Below are positions 32,046 to 45,745 of a stretch of DNA of 64,000 nucleotides, in pieces. Each line of letters starts with the position of its first letter. The stretch's first letter is position 1. The notes under the pieces are model-generated. The model saw nothing but the letters and a program-made list of their open reading frames with translations. It had not been told where the DNA came from and did not search any database. Origin of the DNA: the human T2T-CHM13v2.0 reference genome, Homo sapiens. A program made the position numbers and the translations under genes. The stretch is taken from assembly GCF_009914755.1 (NCBI RefSeq), contig NC_060934.1, one strand, 5' to 3'.

Positions 32046-33184
32046 TTATAAAGGCTTTCTTGAGTCCCCATAAGGAGTGAGCTACATCCCACTTCGGTAT
32101 CTGACCACAGCCCTCTGGGCACACTGACCATGGACACCAGGTAACTACTTACTGAGGTGTTTCCTTCTTCTGCAAATGGCAGGCCTCTTGAGGGAGCATG
32201 GCCTGACACTGACTGGTCTGTATAGCCGCACACTCCAGCATGGCTCCTGGTTTATGGCTAGGGCTCCACACATCTTTGCTTACCAATGAGGACTCTAAGT
32301 AGGATGTTACCATGAGGCATCCAGCCTTCCCCGGCTCTTTGATAGAATCACAGATCCATGAAGACATCACCTGATGCCTTGACAACTGACAGGTCATTTA
32401 TAAAGAATTGGCTTTATAGATTAAACACTTTCCCCTTGAAAAATGGAGATAAATATGAAAACGTTGTGCATCCTGAAGCAATCGCATGATTTACAGGGAC
32501 ATCAACGAGAGCTGCGTCCTGTCCAGCTCAACTTTGCATTGTCGGCATCTAATTCTCCTCCATAGCCTTCCTCCCCTGATTGGGATCTGCAACCCAGGAG
32601 CCTATAAATATTGTGGTAGCATATGACCAGGGGTGTCAGAGATGTCAGCTGTGGGGATAAAAGTGTCTGTCTAAGAGGCTTGAGGATGCATCACAGTGAA
32701 GGATGGACTGGAGACAGGATGGCGAGTGGTAATTACAGGGCTGGGGTTTGGGATGCAGAAGCAGAGGCAGCTTTGGAGGGCAGGAGGAAGGAAGAGGCTG
32801 AAGAGCTGCTGAGGCCAGGCATCATCCCTGGGCCTTCCTCCTCCTCCAGAATATCTGGCAGCTGTTTGCTGTTCTCAGTGCTTATGCTTTGGACCTGGTA
32901 TCAAGGATGTCATTGACTCTTAACCCGAGTCCTAGCACATATTCATAGTTCCCTAACCCTATGCCACATCCCTCCCACCCCCATGGTCAACTATCTGGCC
33001 TCAGATTGGGATATGAAGTGGGGCAAGTGCTCCAAAGAGGGTGTGGAGGGGGCTAATCAGTGGAAAGTGGGTGAAGGGTTTGGAGTTCAATGTAAATGAG
33101 AATCTGAGAACCAAGGTTTCACAAAAGGTCTGGCAGGATTCATAGGGAACCTCCTGGGGGAATGAGACTTTAAAAAAGGTCCAG

Positions 33185-33462
33185 AGCTGGGCACAGTGGC
33201 TCACACCTGTAATCCCAGCACTGTGGGAGGACAAGACAGCAGGATCACTTGAGGCCAGGAGTTTGAGACCAGCCTGAGCAACATAGCAAGAGCTCATCTC
33301 TACAAAAAATGAAAAACATAGTTGGCATGGTGGTGCACACCTGTAGTCCCAACTACTCAGGAGGCTGAGGCAGGAGTATCATTTGAGTCCATGAGGTTGA
33401 GGCTGCAGTGAGCCATATTGGCGTATTGGCACCACTGCACCCCAGCCTGGATGACAGAGTAA
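33185..33462 (+). mobile_element. AluJ SINE
   Basis: Diverged dimer with the tail mostly lost. Confidence 0.88.
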
Positions 33463-34570
33463 CAATTGTAACTCATGTTGATTGAACACTTGTTCAATGT
33501 CAAGCACTGTACTAAGCACTTTTAAACGGACTATCTCATTTAATCCTCCAATGACTCTACAGAGTATATTCCATGATCTCCACTTTCCTATTAAGGACAT
33601 TAACACATGGAGAGGTCAGGTGACCTGCTCAAGGACCTGTGTGATGTCAAGATAAGGACAAATGTGGAAAGGCTGCATGGCCGCCATCATAAACCAAGAT
33701 AAAGAGCCTCAACCCTGAGCCAAGTCACCGTGAAAACATGCTAATGGTCACCAGACATGGGCCAGCGATTGTAGTCATCACCAGGAGGCACATGGTCAGA
33801 AGCCAGAACTAAAATATCATCTAGGTATCAAGCACTCATGATACCTTGGTAAAGGGGGCAGGGGAGGAAGTGGGATCAAAGTAGGTTAGCTTCTCTGGTC
33901 CCTGTCCCAAGACGACAGCTTCTGGCAGTGAGGCTGAGCACACTGCACGCAGGATGCCTAAGGGACACTGAACAGCTGCTGCCGCCACGGAAGATTGACT
34001 CCTACCCCAGGTCCATTCCCGCACACTCCAGAAAAATTTGGGCCACACAGAGAGAGTGTCCTGATCTGGTAGCTCATTCATCTGTGCCCTTTTAGAAAGG
34101 GAGAAGACAGTGCCCTGGGAGGAATCCTCCACCTGCCTCTTCTCCAGGATCTGTGATGAAATCCACCTGAAATTCACAGACTTAATTTTTAATGACCACT
34201 CATTAAACTTGCAATGAAAAAGATCAAGTGCATTGTAAAGTAGATACTGGGGAAAATATACTCACTTTGATTATTTTAACCCTGGGGATAGGCCATGTGG
34301 GTGAAGCCCACACTGCATTTAGCACTCAGCAGATTTTCTGTGGGTCCCACTTCAGGCCAGGCACTGTGCTTGGCACTGGGGCGGCTTTCATGTCAAAGAA
34401 GACATGGGCTATGCGCTCAGTTTCAGGAGGTAGGCAAACAGGTCAATCAGTCTGCAGTAAGACTGCAGGAAGCCCCATGGTGGGAATGCACCTGGGGCTC
34501 TGCAGGAGCACAGCCCAGCTTTGCTGTCTGGCTTGGGTGTACCCAGAAGCCAATCCTAAGACTGGAATTA

Positions 34571-34885
34571 GGTCGGGCGTGGTGGCTCATGAATGTAATC
34601 CCAGCACGTTGGGAGGCCAAGGGGGGGCGGATCACCTGAGGTCAGGAGTTTGAGACCAGCCTGGTCAACGTGATGAAGCCCCTTCTCTACCAAAAATACA
34701 AAAATTAGCTGGGTGTGGTAGCACATGCCTGTAATCTCAGCTACTCAGAAGGCTGAGGCACAAGAATCGCTTGAAGAGGCAGAGGTTGCAGTGAGCTGAG
34801 ATCAAGGCAGAGGTCACAGTGAGCTGAGATCGCGCCACTGCACTCGCCTGGGCAACAGAGTGAGACTCTGTCTCAAAAAAACAAA
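34571..34885 (+). mobile_element. AluS with an internal duplication, inserted in an old ERVL (LTR16/33-like) LTR
   Basis: TSD aagactggaatt; aggcagaggtYRcagtgagctgagatc present twice. Confidence 0.9.
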
Positions 34886-36589
34886 AAGACTGGAATTGAA
34901 ATGCAAGAAGCTACCCAGGAGGCTCCAGGTATGCTGTAGGAGAGTGAAGAAATGAGACGAGGAAGAGCACGTTATCAGCCAGCTCCCCCATGAGATGGAG
35001 CGTCATCCTGCTGGGAACTCCAGGAGCCAGTGTAGAATACCCACCTCTGAGTTATCCACTGGAGGACCAGGGAGCTGGGGTGTTTATGTGCCAGCTCTCA
35101 CCAGTTGCCAGATGAACCTGCCCCCAAAGGCCTTTAATTCCCTGGCACTTCTGACCTGCCATGCAGGTGGCAAGCAGAATCCCTCAGGCCATCAAAAGCT
35201 CATGCAGGCCCTGGGGGGCTGGCTGGTGAGCACTGGAGTGCTAAAAGTGAGTGGGTACGTGGGGCCCTCATGGGGTCTGGCCAAGGGCCACACACCTCCC
35301 AGGGTTTATTTTTAGGGGGTTCGTCTTGCTTCTCAAACAAGACAATAAACCTGACCAAGGACAAAGGCCACTCGTACGCCTCTCAGCATCCAGCCACACA
35401 GCATTGCCACACGCTTGACCGATACCCTATGCCAAGATCAGGAAGTTTATATGGATAACAATCTCGCCAACAATTCTCATGGTGTGAGATCAACTCAGTT
35501 TTACAGAGAAGGAAACAGACTCAGAGAATCAAGCCTGCTGCATGTGAGCTGTCGGTGTTATGCACAACACATCCACAGGGCATTCTATTCATGTGGATTT
35601 CTACATGGATAGAGCCTCCTAGGGTTGTGCAGTGTGCAGCCTGTGCAACCATACACAGGGGACCCACGTGAGAAAGGTTATGCCACTTGCCAAACGTCCC
35701 ACTACTAAGAAGGGCAGAGTGGAATCCTCACCTGTCTGCTCCAAAGCCTGACTCCTAGTCCTCAGCCTCTTTGCAACCACAGCCTGGGGAAAGCGCTTCA
35801 TAAATGCTTAAAGACAGCACAATGCTCCAAAAAAAAAAAAAAAAAAAAAAAATCTTAACTCTTTTAACTCTTTCAGTCTCAGTCCCTGGGGACGCCACTG
35901 AGTCGTTTAGCTTCATGGCTTAAAGGATCTGCTCACAAAACCAAGAAGAAACCAGACCCAGCCAGGGGGAGGCATGAGTCATGCCAGGCAGAGGGAAAGA
36001 AACAAGCAAGAATCAGAGATGGGGAAGTGGGCCCAAGAAAAATGCAGAGCTCTTTAGAAGACAACAAAAAAGCCAAAGCCATTGGAAGGCAAATGGATAC
36101 AGAGAGAATGAGGGAGGCTTAGAAAAACAAATCCCACAGCATCGCAAGGAACTCAGGGCCCCATGAATGTAAGGGATTTCTTTTTGACTCTGGCTACCTG
36201 TAAATACACCTCCCTTGAGGCCATCGCTGGGGTGGAGGGCCTGGTCAGAGGTGTGCAGGGTGATCCTGGGGACCTGGCCACAATTCCACATTAATGTCTC
36301 TCTGGCGAGAAGTTGAAGCAGAATCTAGCCCAATTCCGATGGAGGATCTGAGGCTCTCTGCCGCAGGGCGGGTGCCCAGTGCTGTGGCCAAACAGGAACA
36401 CTGTTGCCAAGAACAGAGGCTTGTCTGAGCCCAAACCAACACCCCCTCCTGCTCCCCTGGGGAAGACCCCTGCTCTTGGCTTCTAGGGCCCCCACTCTGG
36501 GGTTTCCTTCCAATTCAGTGAGGGCCCCTGAGACTCTGCACCCCACCCCTCTGCTTATCTCAAGGTCTGGACTCCCCTTCTCTTTCCTA

Positions 36590-37860
36590 CTTCATCAAGT
36601 TCTTCTGCATCAGCATGCAGGCCCTGCACTTGCAATTCATTCCTATGCTCTGTCTCCATCTCTGGCCTGCTCCAAACAAGCTCCGAGCCCCACAACCCCA
36701 GCGAAGTCATTCTTATCAAGGCCACACTGGAGCTCCATGTGGCCGAGTCAGTGGTCCCTGCTGTGTGCTTGTCTTACCTTCTCAGCCCCCTTCCCCACGG
36801 TGGACCACTCCTCCCTGCTGAAACACTTCTCCCCTGGCTTCTAGGACCCCACCCTTTCCGGGGCTCCCTCCTGGTCTTTTGAGTGTGCCTCCTCAGCTCC
36901 CTGAGCTGGCTCCCCCGGCCCCTTTTTCTGGCTCTAATTGATGGCACACGTGGACTCCGCTTGGGACCTCCTTCCTTTCCTCTCCACACAGTTCTCCCAG
37001 ATAATCTCATCCTGTCTCCAGGCTCCAAATGCCATTGATTGTACTCTGTCGTCCCTCTCTCCTGCCCCCACCTCCTCCTGGAACTCCAGACTCCTTGATC
37101 CAACTGCCCATTGACATGGCCTAACAATGATCTCAGGCTGAACAGGGTCAAACAGAATTTTTTATTTCCCTCCCTTACCCACAGCCTGTGCCTTCCTTCA
37201 TCCTGGTGACCTCCACTACCAACCACCAGCTTCTTAAACCAAGCATCTCAGAGGCCTCGTGGAATCCCCTCTTTGCCTCCCTCCCCACTTGCAGCTCATT
37301 ACTGAGTCGTGTTATGTCCCTGGCTACCACTGTGAGCCAAGCCATCCTACTCTCCGGAAATCTCTAGCCTAACAGATTCCTACCTTGATTCCTGGTCCTC
37401 TTCAGTGTACTCTCGATAAAGAAATCGGAGGCTTTTTTAAAAAAAACATCAAATATGTTACCCTCAGCCTAAAACCCAAGACTTGCCACTACATTTAGAA
37501 TACAACCCAACCCTCTAGATCCCCTATGCCTGTCTACCTCTCAGCTTTGATCTGCCCCCCCTCTGCCCTTGTTCACATCTCTCCGGCGATCAGCTGTGTT
37601 TATCCCTTAAATACACCGACTTTATTCCTCTTGGTGGGTCTTGGCTCTCCCCAGGACCTCTCCTCAAAATTTACGCCTGCCATCTTATTTTAAATGTCCT
37701 CTTTCCAACCTACTCTCTCTCTTATCTCCCCTTATTTGACTTCTCTGCAGAACCTTAATGCTGTTTCCTTTGCTTTCTTGCCCATGGCTCGGAGCAGTGA
37801 CTGCAGTAGTCACCGAGAAGCATTTGAGTGAATTAAGAATGAACGAATGGTTGAATTGAC
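36590..37860 (+). mobile_element. L2 LINE fragment
   Basis: L2 motifs gaccactcctccctgctgaaacac and ctcctggaactccagactc...tccaactgccca, with a gaatg-like tail. Confidence 0.7.
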
Positions 37861-38942
37861 CCAAACAATGGGCCTTGAAGTATCTTTCAGAAATGGGTAT
37901 CCCCAAGAGTCTTCTGAGAAGTAAACCACCCACAAAGACAATGAGATGACGATTCTTCTATCCTCAAAGACAAATGAGAAAATGAAAGTCATGTCCAGAA
38001 GTCCAGTTAAGGGGCAGTCCCTGCTACTTCTAATCCTTCTAGTTCCTCCTCTACATCAACCTCATCATTTCCATGAGAACATTTTACACCAGTGACACCA
38101 GCAATGACAGAGAAAAATGGTCCCAATTTACAATCCTCAGACTCAATCTTCAAAGAAATGTTTATTTCCACCTTGACCCTTGACTCTCATCGCTGGCCAC
38201 TAAACGCCATGCAATGAGCAATCGCTTGGCAGTCGTGCCACACTGGTCAGCTGCCTAGGTGTTCCTTCACCCAGAATTTGAATTTTGATCAGTCACTTTG
38301 CTATTATTATGTGTCAGGACTATATTTTCATAAGACAACCAATTTGAAGTCAGAAGTATAGGTCCTAATGTAGAGTTTTAAAAAATGTACCAACACCATA
38401 AGGGTTTGTGAACCTCTATCAGATAATAATCAGAAGTCAGGGTGGCCCAGAGCTGTGCAAAGTCAAAACTTGGTGCTATTGTTGTTCAAATGGGTAACTC
38501 TATGTGTTTGTAAAAAGCACAGTCTAATAAGGAAAGGACTGGGCTAACGAAAGGGGAATATGCAGGGCTTTCTCTGCTAGAGGTAGGTTTTGCCCTTTGG
38601 TGTCAGCTGATGCTCTCAGACCCCACGTAACCTACAGCTATAGCCTACAGACCTTCTCCCTAAAATTCTGACTTTAAAACTAATGCATTTTATCATATGT
38701 GTTGGCTTAAAGCCTGATGAAGATAGCATGATTCATGTTACGCTAAATATTAATAACCACCTTCTCCCCATCATTGCACTTTACATGAGGATTTTGTGAC
38801 TTAAAGATGAGCATTTCAATGCAGCCACAAGCTCACTGCTTTACGTGGGAAATCTCTCCTGAGGGTAGGGCCACCCCTGAATGGCTTAACGTTCAGGTGA
38901 TTTACTGTGCCAACAACAAGAATCTTGTTTAGAAGGCTCTTA

Positions 38943-39228
38943 GGCTGGGCGCAGTGGCTTACACCTGTAATCCCAGCATTTTGGGAGCCCAAGGTGGGTG
39001 GATCACTTAATGTCAGGAGTTCGGGATCAGCCTGGCCAACGTGGCGAAACCCCATCTCTACCAAAAATAAAAAAATTAGCCAGGCGTGGTGGTGTGCGCT
39101 ACTCAGGAGGCTGAGACATGAGAATTGCTTGAAACCAGGAGGTGGAGGTTGCAGTGAGCCGAGAACATGCCACTGTACTCCAGCCTGAGTGACAGGGTGG
39201 GACGCTGTCTTAAAAAAAAAAAAAGAAA
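38943..39228 (+). mobile_element. AluS SINE (small internal deletion)
   Basis: Dimer lacking cctgtagtccca in the right arm. Confidence 0.92.
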
Positions 39229-39921
39229 CTTCTTTGCTGCCCCTGTGAAGCCCTCGTTGCTTCTTGCCAAGTGAGACCTGCCTGCACCCTTCCCACCTTT
39301 CCAGATCCATCCCATCACTCTCCACCTTTCCTTCCCACCCCACACTGAAGCTGTACTAGACACAGACTGATTTGTGTCTTCTTAGCTTTCCTCACATCAT
39401 GTTCTCTCTTCTTGTAAGGTGTTTCCTCTCCTGCCTCACTTTCCCCATCAGTGCCCTTCCACTTACCCCCCAAAGCATGACTTCACCACCTCTGGCAAGT
39501 CTTCCACAACCCGGGACTTTGCTCCAGGCCCCCTCTCTGCAGTCACCACACCCGGTGCATGCTCTGGGTTCCCAATAGACTATTGACTGGTCCACCTTCC
39601 CCAGCTGGTTGTGACATCTTTGAGGGCAGGGGCAGGGTGGTTTCTGGCACATAGCAGTCATTCAACAAATGCCAATTGAATGAATCCTGAATGAATGAAT
39701 GAGACAGGGCCTGTTTTACAGTTATTGCCACTAGGCTTTTCTTTTCTTTTCTTTTCTTTTTTTAACAAAATGCCTGCTCTCATGATGTGGGCCACAGGAA
39801 CCATAGACAAGAAGTCGGTGTCCAAGCCTGGGTGTAGCATTAGAAGGGAGGTAGATTAGCTCTCAGAGGCCATTGTGGAGGTGGGCACAGGAATCAAAAG
39901 GAGAAACTGCCCTTATGATGC

Positions 39922-40283
39922 TGATATGGTTTGGCTGTGTCCCCACCCAGATCTCATCGTGAATTGTAGCTACCATAACTCCCACGTGTTGTGGGAGGGA
40001 CCCTGTAAGAGATCATTGAATTATGGGGGTGGTTTGCCCCATATTGTTCTTATGGTTGTGAATAAGTCTCACGAGACCTGACGGTTTTATAAGCGGTTTC
40101 CCCTTTCACTTGGCTCTCATTTTCTCTCGTCTGCCGTCATGTAGGATGTGCCTTTTGCCTTCTGCCATGGTTGTAAGGCCTCCCCAGCCGCATGGAACTG
40201 TGAGTCCGTTCAACCTCTTTTCCTTTGTAAATTACCCAGTCTTGACTATGTCTTTATTACCAGTGTAAGTATGGGCTAAGACA
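39922..40283 (+). mobile_element. THE1B/C solo LTR (MaLR)
   Basis: tgatatggtttggctgtgtccccaccc ... gggctaagaca, 362 bp; 5-bp TSD gatgc. Confidence 0.92.
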
Positions 40284-40916
40284 GATGCCAAACATGGAAG
40301 GCTCTCACTTGAGTTTCAGTGAGGAAAACAAATTTTCCGACATACCTACATTTGTTCAAAGGTGCCACAAGTAGAGACAAAAGAAGGAAAGGACTGGTAA
40401 AGGAATTTGAAAGCAAAAGGCTAAAAAACTCAGATATTTAAAAATAATAACTGAATTAAAGAAGAGCTGCCAAGATATATGAATAGCATGAACTGATGAG
40501 GAGCCATCCATAGACCCCTCAGTGCGGTTGCACCTGAGCAGGGACCTACTGGTGGCAGGAGCTTCCCTCTAGGGGGAGTAACAAGAGAACTCTCCATTCA
40601 CCTCGTTAGCTTTAGGGCTGTACTGAGGATCAAAAGCCAATGGACATCTTCAAGTTCCTGAAGCTATAAGAAAAAGGTGAGACTTATCTACCACCTAGGG
40701 GGCCAATATATATGTCAACAGGCCCTCACAGGGGTACAAGCTAGATATTTCCTAACTGAGCTTCTCATGTGCTGGGTATTAGACATCAACTTCGCAGATA
40801 CAGAAACTGAATCTAGGGTTGACATGAGGAATAAATTAACGTTAACCAAATTTCCAAGAGGTGGATGAATGCATCAAACAATATACATGTTCATTTAAGT
40901 CAAGAAATAAAATAGG

Positions 40917-41288
<372 letters not shown>

Positions 41289-41574
41289 TCACGTGGTCAA
41301 TTGGAGGGCACTGGGGAGCGCAGAGTGAAGCGGACGTTGCTGTTCCAGCTGCCATAAAGAGAAGGCCTGGGCGCTCTACCAGCCAACGCTCCCATGTCTA
41401 CAGTAAGGCGGGGTTGAACCCACTCCTTAGAAGCGTAGATTGGAGTGGACCCATCCTGGCTCTCTGTCTGCACCTTCTCTAGCCCATCTCCCTTCCTCAG
41501 ACTGGACATGCTGGATTAGGTTTAGGACTTTTGGCGATAATACTCAAATTTGTTGGTGTTACATTTCCAAAAGC

Positions 41575-41901
41575 CAGCGGTCCCCAGCCTTTTGGGCACC
41601 AGGGACCACTTCTGTGGAAGACAATTTTCCCACGGAATGGGGGGCAGATGGCTTCGAGATGATTCAAGTGTGTTACATTTATCAGTAGATTCTCATAAGG
41701 AGCACACAACCTAGATCCCACGCATGTGCAATTCACAACAGGGTTCCTGCTCCAATGAGAATCTCATGCTGCGGCTGATGAGACTGGGGAGCTCGGGCGG
41801 GAGTGCTGGCTCACCCGTCGCTCTCCTCCTGCTGTGTGGCCCAGTTCCTAACAGGCTACAGACCCATAACCAGTCCACGGCCTGGGGGTTGGGGACTCCT
41901 G
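41575..41901 (-). mobile_element. MER1B hAT-Charlie element
   Basis: Terminal inverted repeats cagcggtcccca / tggggactcctg; perfect 8-bp TSD ccaaaagc at 41567-41574 and 41902-41909. Confidence 0.9.
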
Positions 41902-43034
41902 CCAAAAGCCATATTGCAACAAAGACTTGAGTGAAGGCAGCTTTGGGGGAAGGTGATCTCAGGAAGCACAAGAAGAAAGTGAGGAGAGTAGAGCCAAGGA
42001 AGAAAGAAATAAGTCTATGAAGGTTCATTAATGAGCAGGGTGTGCCTGTGGTCCCCACGCAGACCCATCTGAGACACCACACGAAGCATGCCCAGTAGAG
42101 CTTTTATCCATAGATTCTCTTCCCCACTGGGTGACGTTTAGTCCTTGGGGAATTTACTCTCCACTCCACTTCCAAATTGTGCCATGTGCGCCTAGGCAAG
42201 CTTCAAGATGCCAAAGAAGGCTTTCAAGCAGAGGGGAAGAGAGAAACCAGAGCACAAGGCTCGAGCTGTCAGGTCACAAGCGGGGTGTCTGCAGAGGCAA
42301 GTGAGTTCACGTGGGCCCACAGCCCATGCTACAACTGGGAATTCTCAGATCTCTTGGGCCATACATTTACAATGAGCTAAATTGCTCTAAAAATGGAGAA
42401 CTGTCTGATAATTGATTCTTTTTTTAATTCCCAGGAGGAGTCATCTCCTAATGACCTCTGCTGAGGCCCCCAGCTCACGATCACTTGGCACTCCACCAAA
42501 GAATTCAACCCCAAGAATTAAAATCATATTCTATGAAAAGATTGTTCTCTTTTCATAATTTGTGCATTCACTGTGGCATATAAATGATTCATAACTTGAT
42601 TTTCCCACCTGTCACAAAATATGAATTTTTCAGTTCATTTTAAAGATTAAATTTTAAACTTAAATCAGTCCCTAAAAAAGCAGAGTATTATTTAAAATAA
42701 TTTTTCAATTCTTTTCTATTTTAATATAGAAATTAACAGAGATATCAAAGATTTAAGATTTTATCTTTTTATGCAATATCTTAGCATTAAATATTTATTA
42801 TTAATGAAAACCAAAAAATTATTAATTATCCCTAAATTACAATCAAGCCAAAATTTCCCAAATTAAGATGTGATACTAAAACAAACACTTACCACTCTTT
42901 TCAGCTGATAATATAATTACAGAGACAGTCAAACTGCTATTTATGTAAAGTGTTCATTCAACCATACCATAAACCATTAATTTTTAGGGAAAGCTTAGTT
43001 GCCAAGTTCTTGGCTTATGCTTGAGCATCTAGAA

Positions 43035-43202
43035 TTTTTTTTTTTTTTTTAGATGACGTCTTGCTCTGTTGCCCAGGCTGGAGTGGAGTGACACAATCTC
43101 AGCTCCCTCCTGCAACCTCCGCCTCCCAGGTTCAAGCAATTCTCCTATCTCAGACTCCCAAGTAGCTGGGATTACAGGCGCACATTACCAGGCCCGGCTA
43201 AT
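43035..43202 (-). mobile_element. Alu right arm only (5'-truncated)
   Basis: Poly-T followed by the right monomer up to the linker; short TSD tagaat. Confidence 0.85.
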
Positions 43203-43320
43203 AGAATATATTATTTGCCCCTCTACCCACTGTAGCAGCAAATGATGGTGACAAAATTTCGGGCATCTGCTACCTCTAACTGGAATGCAATTATGGATGG
43301 ACTGTACCATAAGTAAAAGC

Positions 43321-43458
43321 CATATTTGAGAGCCAGTGTTGCTGGATATAAGATCCTTGCCTTACTATTCCCCCCCATCAATTTCTTAAATATGTGCTCC
43401 ATTTTCTTCTGGCATGAAACACTGCAGTTAAAAATTGTGAAGATTATCTAATTTTTTT
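43321..43458 (-). repeat. Inverted duplicate of 51011-51155
   Basis: Manual alignment to the reverse complement: 7 substitutions plus one 8-bp indel over ~138 bp. Confidence 0.92.
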
Positions 43459-43784
43459 AGATTATCTAATTATCAAAAAGCAAAGGTCAAGGGGAATTGT
43501 GAGAGCAGCTGTTGAAATCAGGAGTGCTTTAGTCAGCTCCAGCAACTGGTGACTGCAGGGGGCCTATGGAAGGAGGGTCAGAAGGGGCCGGAGCAACCCA
43601 AGTCCTGAGAACCCCCAAACGTCCTTCCGAGCTCTCTTTTAGCACAGAGGAGACACTTCAGACGATGAAATAAAAATTGACAAAGGCAGAGATAATCGAG
43701 ACAAAGAGATGATCCAGACCACAGGGAAGGGGAATGGATCCGGAAAAGCTCCGTAAGCAAGCTGTTTAATACACAAAAACTGCA

Positions 43785-43898
43785 TGATGAAATAACCTGT
43801 ACAACAAACACCCATGACATGGGTTTACCTATATATGTAACAAACCTGCACATGTACCACCAAACCTAAAATAAAAGTTAAAAACAAAACAAAACAAA
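43785..43898 (+). mobile_element. Very short L1P 3' end (L1PA13-16-like)
   Basis: tgtaacaaacctgcacatgtacc...ctaaaataaaagtt plus (AAAAC)n; degenerate TSD acacaaaa..tgca. Confidence 0.75.
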
Positions 43899-44842
43899 AC
43901 ACAAAACAATGCACGAAAGCAAGAGAGGCAGAAGTTCTGTGGAGTTAAAAAGGTTTTCCTAAATGGGAGGTTTGGGAGAACTAATTTCACTTAAAAATAA
44001 CCACAGATGAGTATCGAGATCAAATGCCGTACAAAATGACTATAAGAAAAGGAGAATGAAGGCCACAGTAAACACTCCTACAGACCATCAAAGCATGCCA
44101 GGAAGATGTGACCACAGAACAGAACCAAATTAACCAAATCAACCTACTCATTCAAAATGAGTTACAATGACACAACATATGAGTCAAACAACATTTGGGA
44201 AAAGTTGAAAATGAGAGAACAGAACTCCTGAAAGAATTCGAAGTCAAAGAGAAGTTTATAGCAAAATTGAAGAATAAATTAGAAGGAACACAAGAGTGAA
44301 TGAACAAAAGATAATGCCTGAAAAGAAAGAGTAGATTAAAAAAAGATAATTTTACATTTAAAACAAATGAACAAATATAAAAAGATTTGAGAAAAAGAAA
44401 CAAGTATTAAAGATAGGCAAAGAAGATTAAACATGTAGATAGCAGGAGTCCCTTAAGATAATAATCAAAGCAAAGGAAGAAAACAAATATTAAAAATATA
44501 ATTCAAGAAAAATTCCCTGAAATTAAAAATAAAGATGGGAAACTACATATTGAAAAAGCATACTGCACATCTGAGACTACCAAGTCAAAATGACCAACGC
44601 AAAGGCAAAGTCTAGTAGAATTGCTGAGTTAAAAAAATAAAAACATAAGATTTTGTGTGTCTAGAAAAAAAAGAACATGGGATATGTAAGGGAAAGAAAA
44701 TTGGGGCTGGGTGCAGTGGCTCTTGCCTATAATCCCAGCACTTTGGGAGGCCAAGGTGGGCAGATGACCTGAGGTCAGGAGTTCAAGACCAGCCTGGCCA
44801 ACATGGTGAAACCCCATCTCTACTAAAAATACAAAGAGGTTG

Positions 44843-45745
44843 GAGGGAGTAGCTAAGATGGCCAAATAGGAACAGCTTCGGTCTACAGCTCCCAGCGAGA
44901 GTGAGGCAGAAGATGGGTGATTTCTGCATTTCCATCTGAGGTACCGGTTCATCTCACTAGGGAGTGCCAGACAGTGGGCGCAGGTCAGTGGGTGCGCGCA
45001 CCCTGCGCGAGCCGAAGCAGGGCGAGGCATTGCCTCACTCGGGAAGCGCAAGGGGTCAGGGAGTTCCCTTTCCTAGGCAAAGAAAGGGGTGACGGAAGGC
45101 ACCTGGAAAATTGGGTCACTCCCACCCAAATACTGCGCTTTTCCGACGGGCTTAAAAAACTGCGCACCACGAGATTATATCCCTCACCTGGCTCCGAGGG
45201 TCTTACGCCCACGGAGTCTCGCTGATTGCTAGCACAGCAGTCTGAGATCAAACTGCAAGGCGGCAGCGAGGCTGGGGGAGGGGCGCCTGCCAGTTGCCCA
45301 GGCTTGCTTAGGTAGACAAAGCAGCCGGGAAGCTCTGGGTGGAGCCCACCACAGCTCAAGGAGGCCTGCCTGCCTCTGTAGGCTCCACCTCTGGGGGCAG
45401 GGCACAGACAAACAAAAAGACAGCAGTAACCTCTGCAGACTTAAGTGTCCCTGTCTGACAGCTTTGAAGAGAGCAGTGGTTCTCCCAGCACACAGCTGGA
45501 GATCTGAGGACGGGCAGACTGCCTCCTCAAGTGGGTCCCTGACCCCTGACCCCGAAGCAGCCTAACTGGGAGGCACCCCCCAGCAGGGGCAGACTGACAC
45601 CTCACACAGCCGGGTACTCCAACAGACCTGCAGCTGAGGGTCCTGTCTGTTAGAAGGAAAACTAACAAACAGAAAGGACATCCACACCAAAAAACCATCT
45701 GTACATCACCATCATCAAAGACCAAAACTAGATAAAACCACAAAG
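44843..45745 (+). promoter_or_regulatory. L1 5'UTR internal sense/antisense promoter
   Basis: YY1 core at ~44855; residual CpGs; short-form UTR (gggtactcc|aacagacctg) lacking the 129-bp ZNF93-bound segment of older L1PA. Confidence 0.75.
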
